NCBI GenBank assembly: GCA_964016885.1
Contig: OZ024747.1
Location: 23,312,001-23,376,000 of the forward strand
Origin: Eledone cirrhosa
Taxonomy: Eukaryota
Direction: 5' to 3'
Length of the DNA: 64,000 nt
Positions 48,063 to 60,829 of this stretch are shown here, piece by piece. Position 1 is the first letter of the stretch. Each line of letters begins with the position of its first letter. Under the pieces are notes generated by a model, which made no database searches, had not been told where the DNA came from, and saw nothing but the letters and a program-made list of their open reading frames with translations. Made by a program: the position numbers and the translations under genes.

Positions 48063-51000
48063 ATTCTAGAATAAAATAATTTCTTTATTACTACTACTGT
48101 TGTTGTTGCTGTTGTTGTTGTTGTTGTTGCAGCAACAACAACATATATTTACAATATATATTTTTTTAATTTGAATCTCTCTCTAAAACAACTTTTTTTT
48201 TTCAGTTATGTCTTATTAAAATTATGGTGGTGGTAGGGCCAGTGACTATATTTAGCGCCCTATGCTAGCCATACAATGTGCATGTTTAAGAGGTTCGCTT
48301 CGCAATCATTAGGTTCCATGTTCGATCCCACTGCGTGACATGCTGGGCAAGTGTAATTTATTATAGCGTTGTATCGACCCATGCCTTGTGGGTGAAACTG
48401 AATTGACAGAAACTGTTTGGAAGCTTGTCGGATAGACTGTACCTGTAATTCGGAGGGTCAGCCTCGTCACACCCTAGTCCCGCTGAATCTCCCCGAGAAT
48501 TACGTTATGGGCCCACGTGCCTGTGGAAAGCTCAAGCCAATCGTAAATTAATTTCACAAGCAGGCTGCTCTATTGATAAAAATAAACGAACACTCGTCGT
48601 CAAAACCGATGGAGGTCCATCAAGTTCCAACCTACACCGTCTCATCTGCCTCATAATCAAACAGCGCCGTGTAATTCAATTCGATGCTCACTTCGTCAAC
48701 CGGTACTCAAAAATGACGATGATGTTGCACTGCGTCTGAGCCTCCGTGTGTGTCACACATGTCCTAGTTGAGCTCTCTTTTCATCACGTCGCGATACTCT
48801 GAATGACGTATTTAAGAAGAGTCACGATGTAACCGGTTTATCGTCACAACTGGAGACGGTCGACTTTGATTGCAGAGAGGGTGGACGTTCAAATGGGACA
48901 ACCCTTTGCTCATTTGAGACGGGGAGGTAGCTCATCTAGGACATACCGTGTTGAAACATTTTCTTCAGTGCTAAACTCATCGCTTCGACCACAATTTCGG
49001 GCGCTGCTGTTGCAACGAAGAGGAGCGATATTGACTGGCCGATTCTATTTTGTGTCGTTTGCCATTGAGACTACGGGCGTACTTGATCCCTAGCTACCGT
49101 TTTTCTTTGTCAAATTGAGACAATGCCATCAAACCAAAGGAATTAGCCCTGTGAGGTTGAATGACTGATACATCGGCTATTTTCAGCGGCAAAGCTTTCG
49201 TCATCTGGTCCTTGGGTGCAGCTGAAATACGGTTACTATCCAACAGAGTGTAGAGTTTTCCCCCTTCCACATCACGTCCTTTTCCTTTCAATTGTGTTAC
49301 TAAAGTATAATGGTTTCTAATTTAGGCACAAGACCAGCTGGTTGGGGCAGGGGAAAATCGACTACATTGACACAATACTTGACTGATACTATATTTCATC
49401 GATCATGTATGGATGATAGGCAAAGTTGACCTCGGCTAGATTTGAACTTAGAACGTAAAGGGCAGTAACTAAATGCCACAGAACATTTTGTTCGACGCTC
49501 TAATGATTCTGCTAATCCACCGCCCTTTACTGGAGTATAAGGTTTAAGAATACGAATAGATTTGTGTGCATTCTATTGAAATAAGGTTTGTGGTAGAGCC
49601 TGTAGCAGTGGAGACTTCCGGTGTTTTTGGCTTTCGGATCTCATCCATGCTCATTGCTATTGGAGCGGAGTTAGCTGCCCGTAGGTGCGAGCCCCGCGAG
49701 ATGGAGTGACTGTTCCAGCGTTTTTCCCTCGCCATCCTCCGCGGTAATGTCTTCTCCATCCTGTCGGCCGGGACCAAGAGGCGGATGACATATTAAAGAA
49801 CATGATTTCTACCATTAACTTTACACTTGCTGTTAGTTGCCTTTTATACTCTCTCTTTCTATATACATATATATATATATGAGCTCCGGTCGTTTTGACA
49901 GCTAGATCCGAACAGTTCGAATCTAGTTGTCGAAACGGCCGGAGAATCGAGTACTCTGGTACGTTATGGCCCACCTGGTATCTTACCACACCTTCTTTGC
50001 TATATATATATATATAACTCCCTTTGTTTGTACTTTATCTCTTTAATTATATCCCCCTCTCTCTATATAGTCAATACCTTTTCCCTGCCTTCAACTCTTG
50101 CTTGTCAGCACAACTCGTTCTTGATGTGTAGTATCATTCCTTTACTGAATTAAAAAAAGAATCAGTGACACGGGCCCGGGTGAACTTTATTCACGTTTGT
50201 ATAAATACCATTACAAATTGTTCACATTCTTTCAGAATGAAAATATAAACAGACCGAGAGTTTGTTGTTTAGCCCAAAGTCAGCCGTTATTAACCTACGA
50301 TCAAAGGGAGTTCCAGACGTGACCATCTTTTCTTTTCAGATATAGTATATCTTTGATTTGAACGAGATTTGGCTACTATTTCTTGTAGGTCAAATAACCA
50401 TAGAAGGACTCCCCCTTTTTGGCACGGAGGAAGTCAGAAGTTTTCTGGTATAGTAGACCTATGATTAGTTTTCCAACTGTAAACATTCCGTCTTATTTTT
50501 CGCAGTAGTGTATGTAGAACTACATTCAATTCATATCTATTTTAAACATACTAAGTTATAATTTAAGGACGATTTAGCTGCAATTTTTAGTAGTTTCAGC
50601 GACCGTATAGAGATTCCCTCGCTGTTTCTTTTAAAATGTTTTGTTGTTATTTAATCCTAGGTCCACCTTGATCAAAGGCATTCTAGTCGTGACTGTCAAC
50701 TTTTGGGGGTATATACGACTATATGCATCTTTCCATGCTTGAAAACTGGGTGCTTTTGAGGGAGATTCGGCATCTATTTCTAACGGGACAATCGACCAGG
50801 TAGAGGCACTCCTGTTCAGTAAACGTGAAAGACGCATAGAAATGGAAGAGTTGAGACGGAAAAATGAATATATATATATATACAATGTAAGGTTGCGAGT
50901 AGGTGCCGGGGAAACCGACCGCTCACGGTTATATCTAATCGACCCGTGTGGTTGCAGGGGATGTGGGTATGGTGTGGCGTGTGGTGGCCGGGGGAAGTGG

Positions 51001-51288
51001 GGGGGGACTCGACCGGAAGGGGTCTTTGACCGGAAGGATGCTCGACCGGAAGGGCCAGGAGAGGGCCTCTCTCTAGTGGTGACCAGCATACGGTGAGGAC
51101 GCGTTTTGGGCAGGTCCCGGTGTTAAGCAGTCGGACGCACGTGGAAGAGGAGTACCTGCAGTGGAATTTAGCGGCGCCTGTGAAAAGCGGTAAGTGAGAT
51201 AGCTTTTTCTAACCACAAGCTATTTCGGCGACTAAAAAAAAAAAAAAAAAAAAAGAAAGAAAACACTTGCCGCAAAACAAATCAGAAG

Positions 51289-52047
51289 ATGGCGACAAGA
51301 CTACGGATGAACGAAGCTATCAGGCCATTCACCGGGGAAGGTGATGTCGCTTGGCTGCGGAAGGTTCGGCTGGTCGCGGGCTTGCAGAAGATAGAAGACG
51401 TGGCCGGTCTCATTGCATTGTACCTCGAGGGCGACGCGTTGGTACTCTTCCTTGAGTTGGACGAGCACAGCCAAAGAGATGTGCAGAAGATTGAGAGGCG
51501 TCTGATGGATGCATTCGCCGAGGGACCGTTGGCGGCTTTTGCTAAGCTGGAGAGAATCAGGTGGAATGGTGAGCGCGTCGACATTTTCGCAGCGGAAATA
51601 AGGCGGTTGGCTATGTTGGCGGGTTACCAGGCGGAATGCGAACGCACGGTGCGGTTGGCATTCATCAATGGATTTCCGGACGACATAGCGGTGAAACTGC
51701 AGCAAGTTCCGGGGTACAAAGAGATGGAAATGCGTTCACTGGTGGAACAAGCCCGGATCATAGCGGAAGATGCCAAAAAGAGTGTCGCGGCGATAGCGAC
51801 TACGGAGGCTCAGGACACCTGGCAGCGAAATGGTCAAAGGGAGGCAACCTCGGCACGCGGCCGTTCGCGAGAATTTAAGGGCCGCTGTTTTAGGTGTCAT
51901 GGCCCGCATATGGCTAGAGACTGTAGAGAGTCGAAGCCGGATATAATTTGCTACCGGTGTAAGCGACCAGGCCACATCGGTACTAACTGCGACCAGGGAA
52001 ATGGTCCAAGGGGAACTACTGCGCCGGTAGTTGCCCCTTACGAGTAG
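51289..52047 (+). CDS. gag: Gypsy Gag with two zinc knuckles
   Basis: Intact 252-aa ORF; CFRCHGPHMARDC and CYRCKRPGHIGTNC. Confidence 0.85.
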   Translation: MATRLRMNEAIRPFTGEGDVAWLRKVRLVAGLQKIEDVAGLIALYLEGDALVLFLELDEHSQRDVQKIERRLMDAFAEGPLAAFAKLERIRWNGERVDIFAAEIRRLAMLAGYQAECERTVRLAFINGFPDDIAVKLQQVPGYKEMEMRSLVEQARIIAEDAKKSVAAIATTEAQDTWQRNGQREATSARGRSREFKGRCFRCHGPHMARDCRESKPDIICYRCKRPGHIGTNCDQGNGPRGTTAPVVAPYE

Positions 52048-54820
52048 CGGCGCTGCCCGTGGTGGAAGTCTTCGTGAGGGGGAAGCCACAGCGAGCCCTC
52101 GTGGATACGGGTTGTACGACGACACTGGTGACCGCGGGGGTGGCGCAGAGGTGGGGAGGGAAGAGCAGCGTAAGGGATGTCGACGGCAGGAAAATTGAAT
52201 GCCGAGGTCGCAGCGAGATGGAAATAGCGGTACGGGGAAGGACGATAAGGCTTTCCGCCATCGTGGTAGACAGTGTGGTGGATGGGATCGGCGTGGTTAT
52301 GGGCATGGACGCGATTGGCCGTCTAGGGGGCGTCACGGTGAACAATGTCGGTGTGTCGTTTGGCGCCGCTGCATCGGTATGCGCTGTGAGTGCACGTCAT
52401 GAGAACCAGAAGGCCCACGAGGAGCAATACCCCGCTTACACTGTACAGGACAAGGACTTCAAGGCCGTGTTTGATGGGCAGCGATGGGTTGTTGAGTGGT
52501 ACTGGAAGGGAGAACCACCAACACTGAAGACCAAAGTGGGCTGCTATCAACACACATTGAAGGGAAACGCTAGGGGCGAGAAGTAGAGAGATGGATCGAA
52601 GAGGGCATACTGCTTCCCTGGAAGGAGGAGGTGAAGTGCGGAGTATTGCCGTTGATGGCGGTGGTGCAACCCACGAAGAGCAAGGTGAGGCCGGTGCTGG
52701 ACTATCGAGAGCTGAACGAGCACGTGTCATTCCACACGGGTGGCGAGGTCACGGATGTCTGTGGGGAAACCCTGCGTGAGTGGAGACGCATGACGGGGGG
52801 TTCAGCGATCGTGGATCTAAAGTCGGCTTACTTGCAGTTGCATATAGATGAGAAGCTCTGGCGGTATCAGCTGGTCAGGTATAAGGGCCGGACATATTGC
52901 ATGACCAGGCTCGGTTTCGGGCTGAGCTCCGCACCGAAGATCATGGCGGCGGTCCTCAAGACCGCTCTGGGGAGGGCCGACAAGATAAAGAGGGCTACTA
53001 ACTCCTACATTGACGACATCCTAGTGGACGAGTCGGTGGTGTCGACGGCGGAGGTCACGAGCCATTTGCGGAAGTATGGACTGACTGCGAAGCCATCAGA
53101 AGCATTGGAGGGAGGAGCTGCGCTGGGAATATGGCTACGGCGAGATAAGACGGGCGTTTTGGTGTTCCAGAGGGGAAACGAAGTTCCGGAACTGGGCCCA
53201 AGTATGAATAGGCGGGAGCTTTTCTCGGTGTGTGGAAAGCTGGTGGGTCACTACCCGATCGCTGGGTGGCTCCGGACGGCATGCAGCTATGTCAAGAGAC
53301 GAGCGGGAGGGGTGACTTGGAGTGACAGAGTGGGAGAGAGAACGGTGGCCATGATGCAGGAGATCGTGGGGAGGGTGAAGGCCGACGACCCAGTGCGGGG
53401 ACGCTGGTATGTTCCCAAATCACGGAGCGGGACCGTATGGTGCGATGCCAACAGCATAGCGCTGGGTGTCACGTTGGAGATAGGTGTTGAGGTCGAGGAT
53501 GCAGCCTGGCTTAGAAAGAAGGACGACTGCAGCCACATCAATGTGGCCGAGCTGGACGCGGTGTTGAGAGGGGTGAATCTCGCCCTGCGGTGGGGGCTGC
53601 GCACCATCGAGATACGCACCGACTCGGCTACCGTACTCGGATGGGTAAGATCAGTGCTCACCAATGAGAAGAGAGTGCGAACGAGAGGCGCGGCGGAGAT
53701 GCTGATAAAGCGCCGCCTGTGAACGTTAGGAGAGCTGGCCACCGAGTTCGACCTGAAGCTGAGCGTAGTGTTCGTGCCTTCAGAGAAAAATAGGGCGGAC
53801 ATCTTAACTAGAGTGAAGAAAGCCTGGATGGAAGCGCCGGAGGAGGTAGAGGATGAGATAGCTGCCGTGTGTCGGCTGACCGAGTTAGACCTGAAGGGGT
53901 TGCATGACATGCACCACATGGGGGTGGATAGGAGCCTGTTCCTAGCCAGGAGAATCGACTCGGACGTTAGCAGACACAGTGTTCGGGGGGTCGTTAGAGG
54001 CTGCGTCCGATGTCAGTCCATTGATCCCGCCCCGGGTGTACACGAAACGGGAAGCCTCCCGGTGGATCGCGACTGGAAGCGATTAGCGGTGGATGTGACG
54101 CACTACCGGCAGGGAACGTACCTCTCGATGGTCGACTGTGGACCAGGTCGAGTGGCGATATGGAGGGAGATGTAGACTGGAACGGCCGAGGAAATCGTGC
54201 GGACGTTGAGAGAGGTGTTCTTGGAGCGGGGCCCTGTGGATGAACTGCTGATGGACAACAGCGCAGCGTTCCGCTCGGAGGCACTGAGGGGGATGCTCGA
54301 GGGATGGAAGGTGGACCGTTTCTTCAGAGCGGCGCACAGGCCGAGCGGGAATGGAATCGTGGAGCGACACCACCGGACGATCAAGGCAATGGCGGAGCGG
54401 GGCCATATCTCACCAATGGAGGCAGTGTTCTGGTACAATATGTCCCCTCGGGTTGGACAGGTCGAGGAATCGGTGCCACACAGAGCAGTATTCAAATACG
54501 AGTGGCGGCACCCGTGCACGTCACCACAACGGCCAGTGGGGAGAGAGAGTGCATTCGTGCAGGTGGGCGAAGAAGTCTGGGTTAAGCCCCCAGATGCACG
54601 GTGCACATCTCAATGGGGAAGGGGAACGGTGACGACCGTAAATTCAAAGAACAATGTGTCCGTGGACGGGGTACCACGTCATGTCCTGGATGTAAGAAGA
54701 ATCACTGTATCGACGGACTCCGAGGAAGAGGAAACCCAAGATGAGGTGGAAACCCAGAGCCCTGCCCCAATACTACGAAGTCGTAGACCACCGACATGGA
54801 CGGCAGACTTTCATATGTAG
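52003..54820 (+). pseudogene. pol: Gypsy Pol (protease, RT, RNase H, integrase), disrupted
   Basis: ALVDTGC, DLKSAYLQ, YIDD, WCDANS, HHCC and D-D-E (VDVTH/MDNS/GIVER); frameshift near 52585; stops at 53720 and 54173. Confidence 0.9.
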
Positions 54821-55293
54821 AGGGACGAGGGGGAAATTGATCCTTGAGATCAGGGGGGCGTGTGGGTATGGTGTGGCGTGTGGTGGCCGGGGGGGGGGGG
54901 GGTGATCGACCGGAAGTGGTCTTTGACCGGAAGGATGCTCGACCGGAAGGGCCAGGAGAGGGCCTCTCTCTAGTGGTGACCAGCATACGGTGAGGACGCG
55001 TTTTGGGCAGGTCCCGGTGTTAAGCAGTCGGACGCACGTGGAAGAGGAGTACCTGCAGTGGAATTTAGCGGCGCCTGTGAAAAGCGGTAAGTGAGATAGC
55101 TTTTTCTAACCACAGGGGAATCCAGCCGACGACGACGCCCGAACGGCGAAGTGGTGTAGCTTCGCCGACGACACGCCGCCTTCTATCTCTCTAGCCATTC
55201 AAGGCCCCGCATCGACAGCGGGACCGAAGCCAACCCGCCGTCTAGGCGGTTCCGCACCCTTTTACTAGTGAGGGAACAGAGTAAAGAGAGAAG

Positions 55294-56667
55294 GGCGATA
55301 TCCAATTTTAGCGGCCTAAATGCCGCTTACTTGCTGTAGTTGCTGCTTACTTCAATGTATGAGGCTATTCCAACAAATTTACATTCCCCTTTTTTTAGCC
55401 GTTAAAAGAAATATAGATTTATTTATTGTTTTTTTTTTTTGCGATTTATTTGCCACTGGGGCATATATTTCTTTATTTGCCCCTTTTTTGTTTGTTTGTT
55501 TTTTTGCGATTTATTAGCCTTTTGGGGTCACACACACCCCCGTAGAAAGTGTGCGACCTTTCTGCGAGGGGACACAGAGAGAGGGGGGTGCTCCCTTTTT
55601 CTCTTACCTGTACAAGCCGATATAGAGAGATGGCCCACTTACACGGGCCATTATTGCTACTTTCACCCATCTTTCATGGAATTGGCTGGGACTGAGTGCC
55701 TTTTTATCCACCTTGATCCTTCTTTCGAAGTGGTATCGGAAGAAGAGGACCATTTGTTGGCCGGTGACATATCCCCAGTTTCCTCGCTGCAAACGCATCT
55801 GGGACATTTCTTTTCCAAGGGGTTTCAGTCTCGGAATCCGTGTCTGTAGAGCCTTTCCCGAACGGGCAGGGCCCCTCGGTATAATAGTAAGTATTAGTGG
55901 TTGTAATAAAAATGCAATCAAAATGTAATAAATACCTTCACTGATTTCTTTCCTTATATTATCAACAGAAGTTGGTATGTCACCCAAAGTTCGCTTTGTA
56001 TGTTCCCGAATAGCAGTGAATTTTGATAAAACTGTTTCTAATTCCTTCTCCACAGTAAGACAAATATCCATGTGTAGTTGAAGAGGATAAGTATGAAAGA
56101 ACAGTCATTTAAATTTACAGATGGACAGATGTGGGTTTGAGATATATAGAAAAATAATTATTTACAGAAAAAGAAAATAATAATAAAGAATTATTATAAT
56201 TTTTTTAAAGATTTATATCTTTTTGGACTACACATGGATATTTGTCTTAGGTGGAGAAAAAGGCACTCAGTCCCAGCCAATTCCATGAAAGATGGGTGAA
56301 AGTAGCAATAATGGCACGTGTAAGTGGGCCATCTCTCTATATCGGCTTGTACAGGTAAGAGAAGAAGGGGGCACCCCCCTCTCTCTGTGCTCCGTGGCAG
56401 AAAGGTCGCACACTTTCTACGGGGGTGTGTGTGACCCCAAAAGGCTAATAAATCGCAAAAAAACAAACAAACAAAAAAAGGGCAAATAAAGAAATATATG
56501 CCCCAGTGGCAAATAAATCGCAAAAAAAAAAAACAATAAATAAATCTATATTTCTTTTAACGGCTAAAATAGGGGAATGTAAATTTGTTGGAATAGCCTC
56601 ATACATTGAAGTAAGCAGCAACTACAGCAAGTAAGCGGCATTTAGGCCGCTAAAATTGGATATCGCC
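55294..56667. mobile_element. Non-autonomous long-TIR DNA transposon (Merlin- or MULE-like) carrying a host gene fragment
   Basis: ~420-bp TIRs at 55294-55713 and 56249-56667 beginning GGCGATATCC; 8-bp TSD gagagaag (55286-93, 56668-75). Confidence 0.9.
55936..56071 (-). pseudogene. RMND5: Captured first coding exon of an RMND5/Gid2 (CTLH E3 ligase subunit) homolog
   Basis: MDICLTVEKELETVLSKF...IRKEISE resembles the RMND5 N-terminus (MDQCVTVERELEKVLHKF, recalled); ends at a GAAG|gtattt donor; no further exons seen in the window. Confidence 0.75.
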
Positions 56668-58495
56668 GAGAGAAGACAAGCTGACATTCAGAAGTAATTT
56701 ATGAACGATCGACAAACGAAAATTTATTTCACTTGTCGCGCTGAATAATTAATTGGTTAGTTATAATTTGGGAGTAACGATTAATAATAGTTTACAAATA
56801 ATTGTTTCTACTTTTGGCACCAGGCCAGCAATTACCCAGTACATTACTGGTACTTTATTTTATCGACCCCGTAAGGATGAAAGGCAAAGTTAACCTCGGC
56901 GGGTACAAATAATCTATTATTTGTAGGTAATTATTAAACTTTGCTTGTAAAATATAAAAATAAAACATAAAAGTTCTGATTTAAATTGTTTACAAATAAT
57001 AATAATTATAATAATTTATCGGAGATATTAAAATTTCAATCTCAGCACTTAACTTGTTCGTATAAACAGGTTGTTTTTAAACTCTTAATATCTTGTAATA
57101 ATTTAGCAGAAAATATATAAAATCGGTCTTGTTAAATCAAATGTTTATAGTATCTCTACTAGTGAAAAGAAAATTGTGAAAATTTGCAGTTTTAGAGTAA
57201 AGATTTTAATATTTATTATGACGCAGTCATAATACTTTTTTTATACTTTTCAAGAATGTTTTGCTAATGCGACTTCAAGTGGTACAGGACGTTTGCATTG
57301 TTTGCTTGAACAGGAAAATAACTCGGAACTTGTGAATTTACTTAAATCACCCCGCCGCTAATAGCTTTTAACTGCCCCTTTTAACTGCTAATAGCTATTA
57401 ACTGCCCCTTCCTCGCGGAAATTCCGTGGTTTAATTAGAAACATGTATTAAAGACCAATGTGACATTGTAAATGTTTTATTTATAAGTTATATATATAGA
57501 AAGATAGATATATTTCTTTATTTATATATATTTCTTTATTTATATATAGAAAGATAGATATGTATTAAAGACCAATGTGACGTTGTAAATGTTTTATTTA
57601 TAAGTTATATATATATATATTTATAGAGAGAGAGAGAGATAGATAGATAGATAGATGACACACCACATACAAACAATATAATTGTGTTCGGGATTAGAAA
57701 AACAAATCGCACGCACATTCTTACCATCCTATTAAGACGTAGTAATATATATTTACTGTGAGTATTTTTCATATTTCTTACATATTACTGCTGCTTGTTT
57801 TGATATCGGAGTTGTAGTAGTTGTACATGTTTGTTTAACCATGAGCTATTATAGTCGACCAGCTAGTTCGATGAGAAGTCATGAAAACAACCTGGACAGC
57901 AAAATGTGGTAATTCAAATTGAAGACAATGCACAGTTGATATATTAAAAAGCAAACCAGGTCAGTTATAACTACCACGAAAACTTGAATATGTATTTATT
58001 TAGTTAGGTAGTTGGTTATTTTCTTAAACAAATATTTCTACCATATTGCAGATTAACATGCATTAATTTTTCCAGCGAAGGTATGAATTTATTTAAGGTC
58101 TTTATGAATTTATTCGACAACAAATATTTGTTAGGTTATATTTCGGCCTATGGATTCAAAACTGGGATGGTAGAGAGAGAGGGGGTGTTGGACACTCCCT
58201 CCAATACCAAGTACACCTTACGCTTAGTTAGTTTATGTTTCTCCTTTCTTTATTCTATCGCTCCTTTATATCTACTATTCACACTTATCCATTTCAATCT
58301 CCCTCCGTCCTTTTCTCTGCATTTTTACACATACACACAAATAAACTGTTTCTTTATAAATGTTCAGTAAATATTGGTTATTTGTTTTTTTTTGTAATTG
58401 CTGAATAAAGCGCGACGCACACACACATATATAAATCAGAGTCTGGAACTAGCTGTTGAAACGGCAAGAGCTCAACCGTCGGGTCCCGACTCGTT

Positions 58496-58535
<40 letters not shown>

Positions 58536-60769
58536 ATCAAAAGATGGTTAAAAGAGTTCCATGTATTTTACGCAAATATCATCCCATGATGATATTTGTT
58601 TTTGAAATGCGCATAATAAAATACATGGAACTCTTTTAACCATCTTTTGATCTTATTATTTATACTCCAGTCAGGGCGGTGGATTGGCAGTATCGGTAGA
58701 GGGTCTGACGCTATGCTTTTCAGCAAAGAGTTACGCCCCTTAATGGTTTGCGTTCAAATCCCGCCGAGGTTAACTTTGCCTTTCATCCTTACGGGGTCGA
58801 TAAAATAAAGTACCAGTAATGTATTGGGTTATTGCTGGCCTTGTGCCTAAAGTAGAAACAATTATTTATACTCCAGTTGACTTTGCCTTTCATCCTTACG
58901 GGGTCGATAAAATAAAGTACCAGTAATACACTGGGTACTTGCTGGCCTTGTGCCTAAAGTAGAAACAATTATTTATACTCCAGTCCTATAAACTAGGGAG
59001 TGCTACTTATACGATATTTGCATTGCTTTATTGTGCTACAATAAAACTCACCTCCTACATATATATAACGAAGGAATTGTGGTAAGGAACCAGATGGACC
59101 ATAACGCACCAGAGTACTCAATACTTAGGGTAGTAGAGTGGGTAATAGGAAAAAGTATGACCCCGACGGCAGAGCTCAAGCCGTTTCGACGGCTATTTTT
59201 GGACTCTTTAGTCAGAAATAGCCGTCGAAACGGCTTGAGCTCTGCTGCCGGGGTCATACTTTTTCCTATATATATAGCCCTTACTGGTGTCGTAGGGACC
59301 GCCGTACTGACACGATGTGTCTTAGGCATTTTAAACCTAGCGGAACCATCTCTCTCCATGTCGTAAAGAATGTGATAACGAGAGACAGCGGGGGAAACAA
59401 CCTCACTACTGAACTGGAACTTTATTTATCGACCTCGAAAGTATGAAAGAAAAAGTTGACTTCGGCGGGAATTTGAACTCAGAGGGCAACAAGCCAGAAC
59501 AAATACTTAAGCGTTTTTAATCCTACACTCTAACAACACTTCCAATTTACACACACACACATAAGATAATAATAATGATTTCTTTACTATTGGCCACAAG
59601 GGCCGAACATAGAGGACAATAATAATAATTGTTTCTACTTTTGGCCAGCAATTATCCTAGTACATCACTGGTACTTTATTTTATCGACCCCGTAAGGATC
59701 AAAGGCCAAGTTTACATCGGCAGGAATTGAACTCAGACCGTAAAGGGCCGTAAAATACGCCACGTGAATTTGTATATATTTACAGTGTCTAACTTTGTGA
59801 CGTCACTACATACATATTACACACACACACACATGCCTTGCCAGAGTCGACCAGGTGAGCATTTAGCATCAATTCCCGATTTTTAGGTGAAGTGAGTAAC
59901 CCCGCTCGAGATTTTTTTTTTTTTTTCGGTTGTTACTTGCAAAATCTTGTATATTCCGCTAAGCCATACATAAAACTCGATTATTAAAATACTTAATGAA
60001 CAATTTTAAATTGGACCTGGGTCAATTACCAGCTTTAAGCGGACCCGCATATATCTGTTCTACGCGCCGCCAGAAAATGAACTTGTGACCTTTCAATCAT
60101 CAGTCGAACACACTAACCATTCAGCCTGTTCTTAGTTCTGCATGCAAATATTTATATATATATATATATATGTTATACTTTGGGAGGCCATTATCGAACC
60201 AACTAACAGGAAATTTATAATAAATTGAACCAACAGGTTCGTGTGTTTTTATTGGCAGCATGACCCTCCCAGAGTATAACTATATATATACATTTATTTA
60301 TTTATTAAGAAGACCCAACGAGGTACGAAAATCGATTAAAGGTGTTTATCTTTTTTTTCTTTTTTTTTTCAATTTACAGGGAAATTCGTATTTTTGGCAT
60401 GTTTACATGTCTACATTTAAAAAAAAGTGTACATTTATATACACATTAGCACAGTCTCGGTTACCCACTCTGTACACATACAGATATTATATATATATAT
60501 ATATTATATATACCTTTATTATGATAGTTGCTTAGTGAGTAACGTTCAGTCAGTGATGGTTCATCGGTTTAAATATTCAATGCTATTACGTGGATACGCA
60601 TAGTCATGCAGGACTCGTCTATGTGTGTCGCCGGCTCTGGTATCCCGTAACAAGCAGGATTTAATTAAATTTAATTAAAACATTTAAAACAAGCTGATTA
60701 ATTCCATGGCGAAACGTGCATCACAGTTGAATAAAATACGTATGAGATACTAAATTGATACTTCATTCT

Positions 60770-60829
<60 letters not shown>

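Larger units (their letters stand above)
50962..55114 (+). mobile_element. Full-length Ty3/Gypsy LTR retrotransposon with decayed pol
   Basis: LTRs TG..CA at 50962-51217 and 54861-55114, near-identical; 5-bp TSD gggga; PPT gagatcaggggggcg; domain order gag-PR-RT-RH-IN. Confidence 0.96.

Noticed and set aside
55604-56071. 155-aa ORF as a functional RMND5 gene
   Set aside because: Similarity stops at a splice donor after 45 codons; the rest reads through intron and TIR sequence inside a TSD-flanked element.
60690-60730. CTGATTA...GAAACGTGCATC hammerhead candidate (also a minus-strand one near 29285-29310)
   Set aside because: A core G is mutated and the stems are broken; at most a dead remnant.
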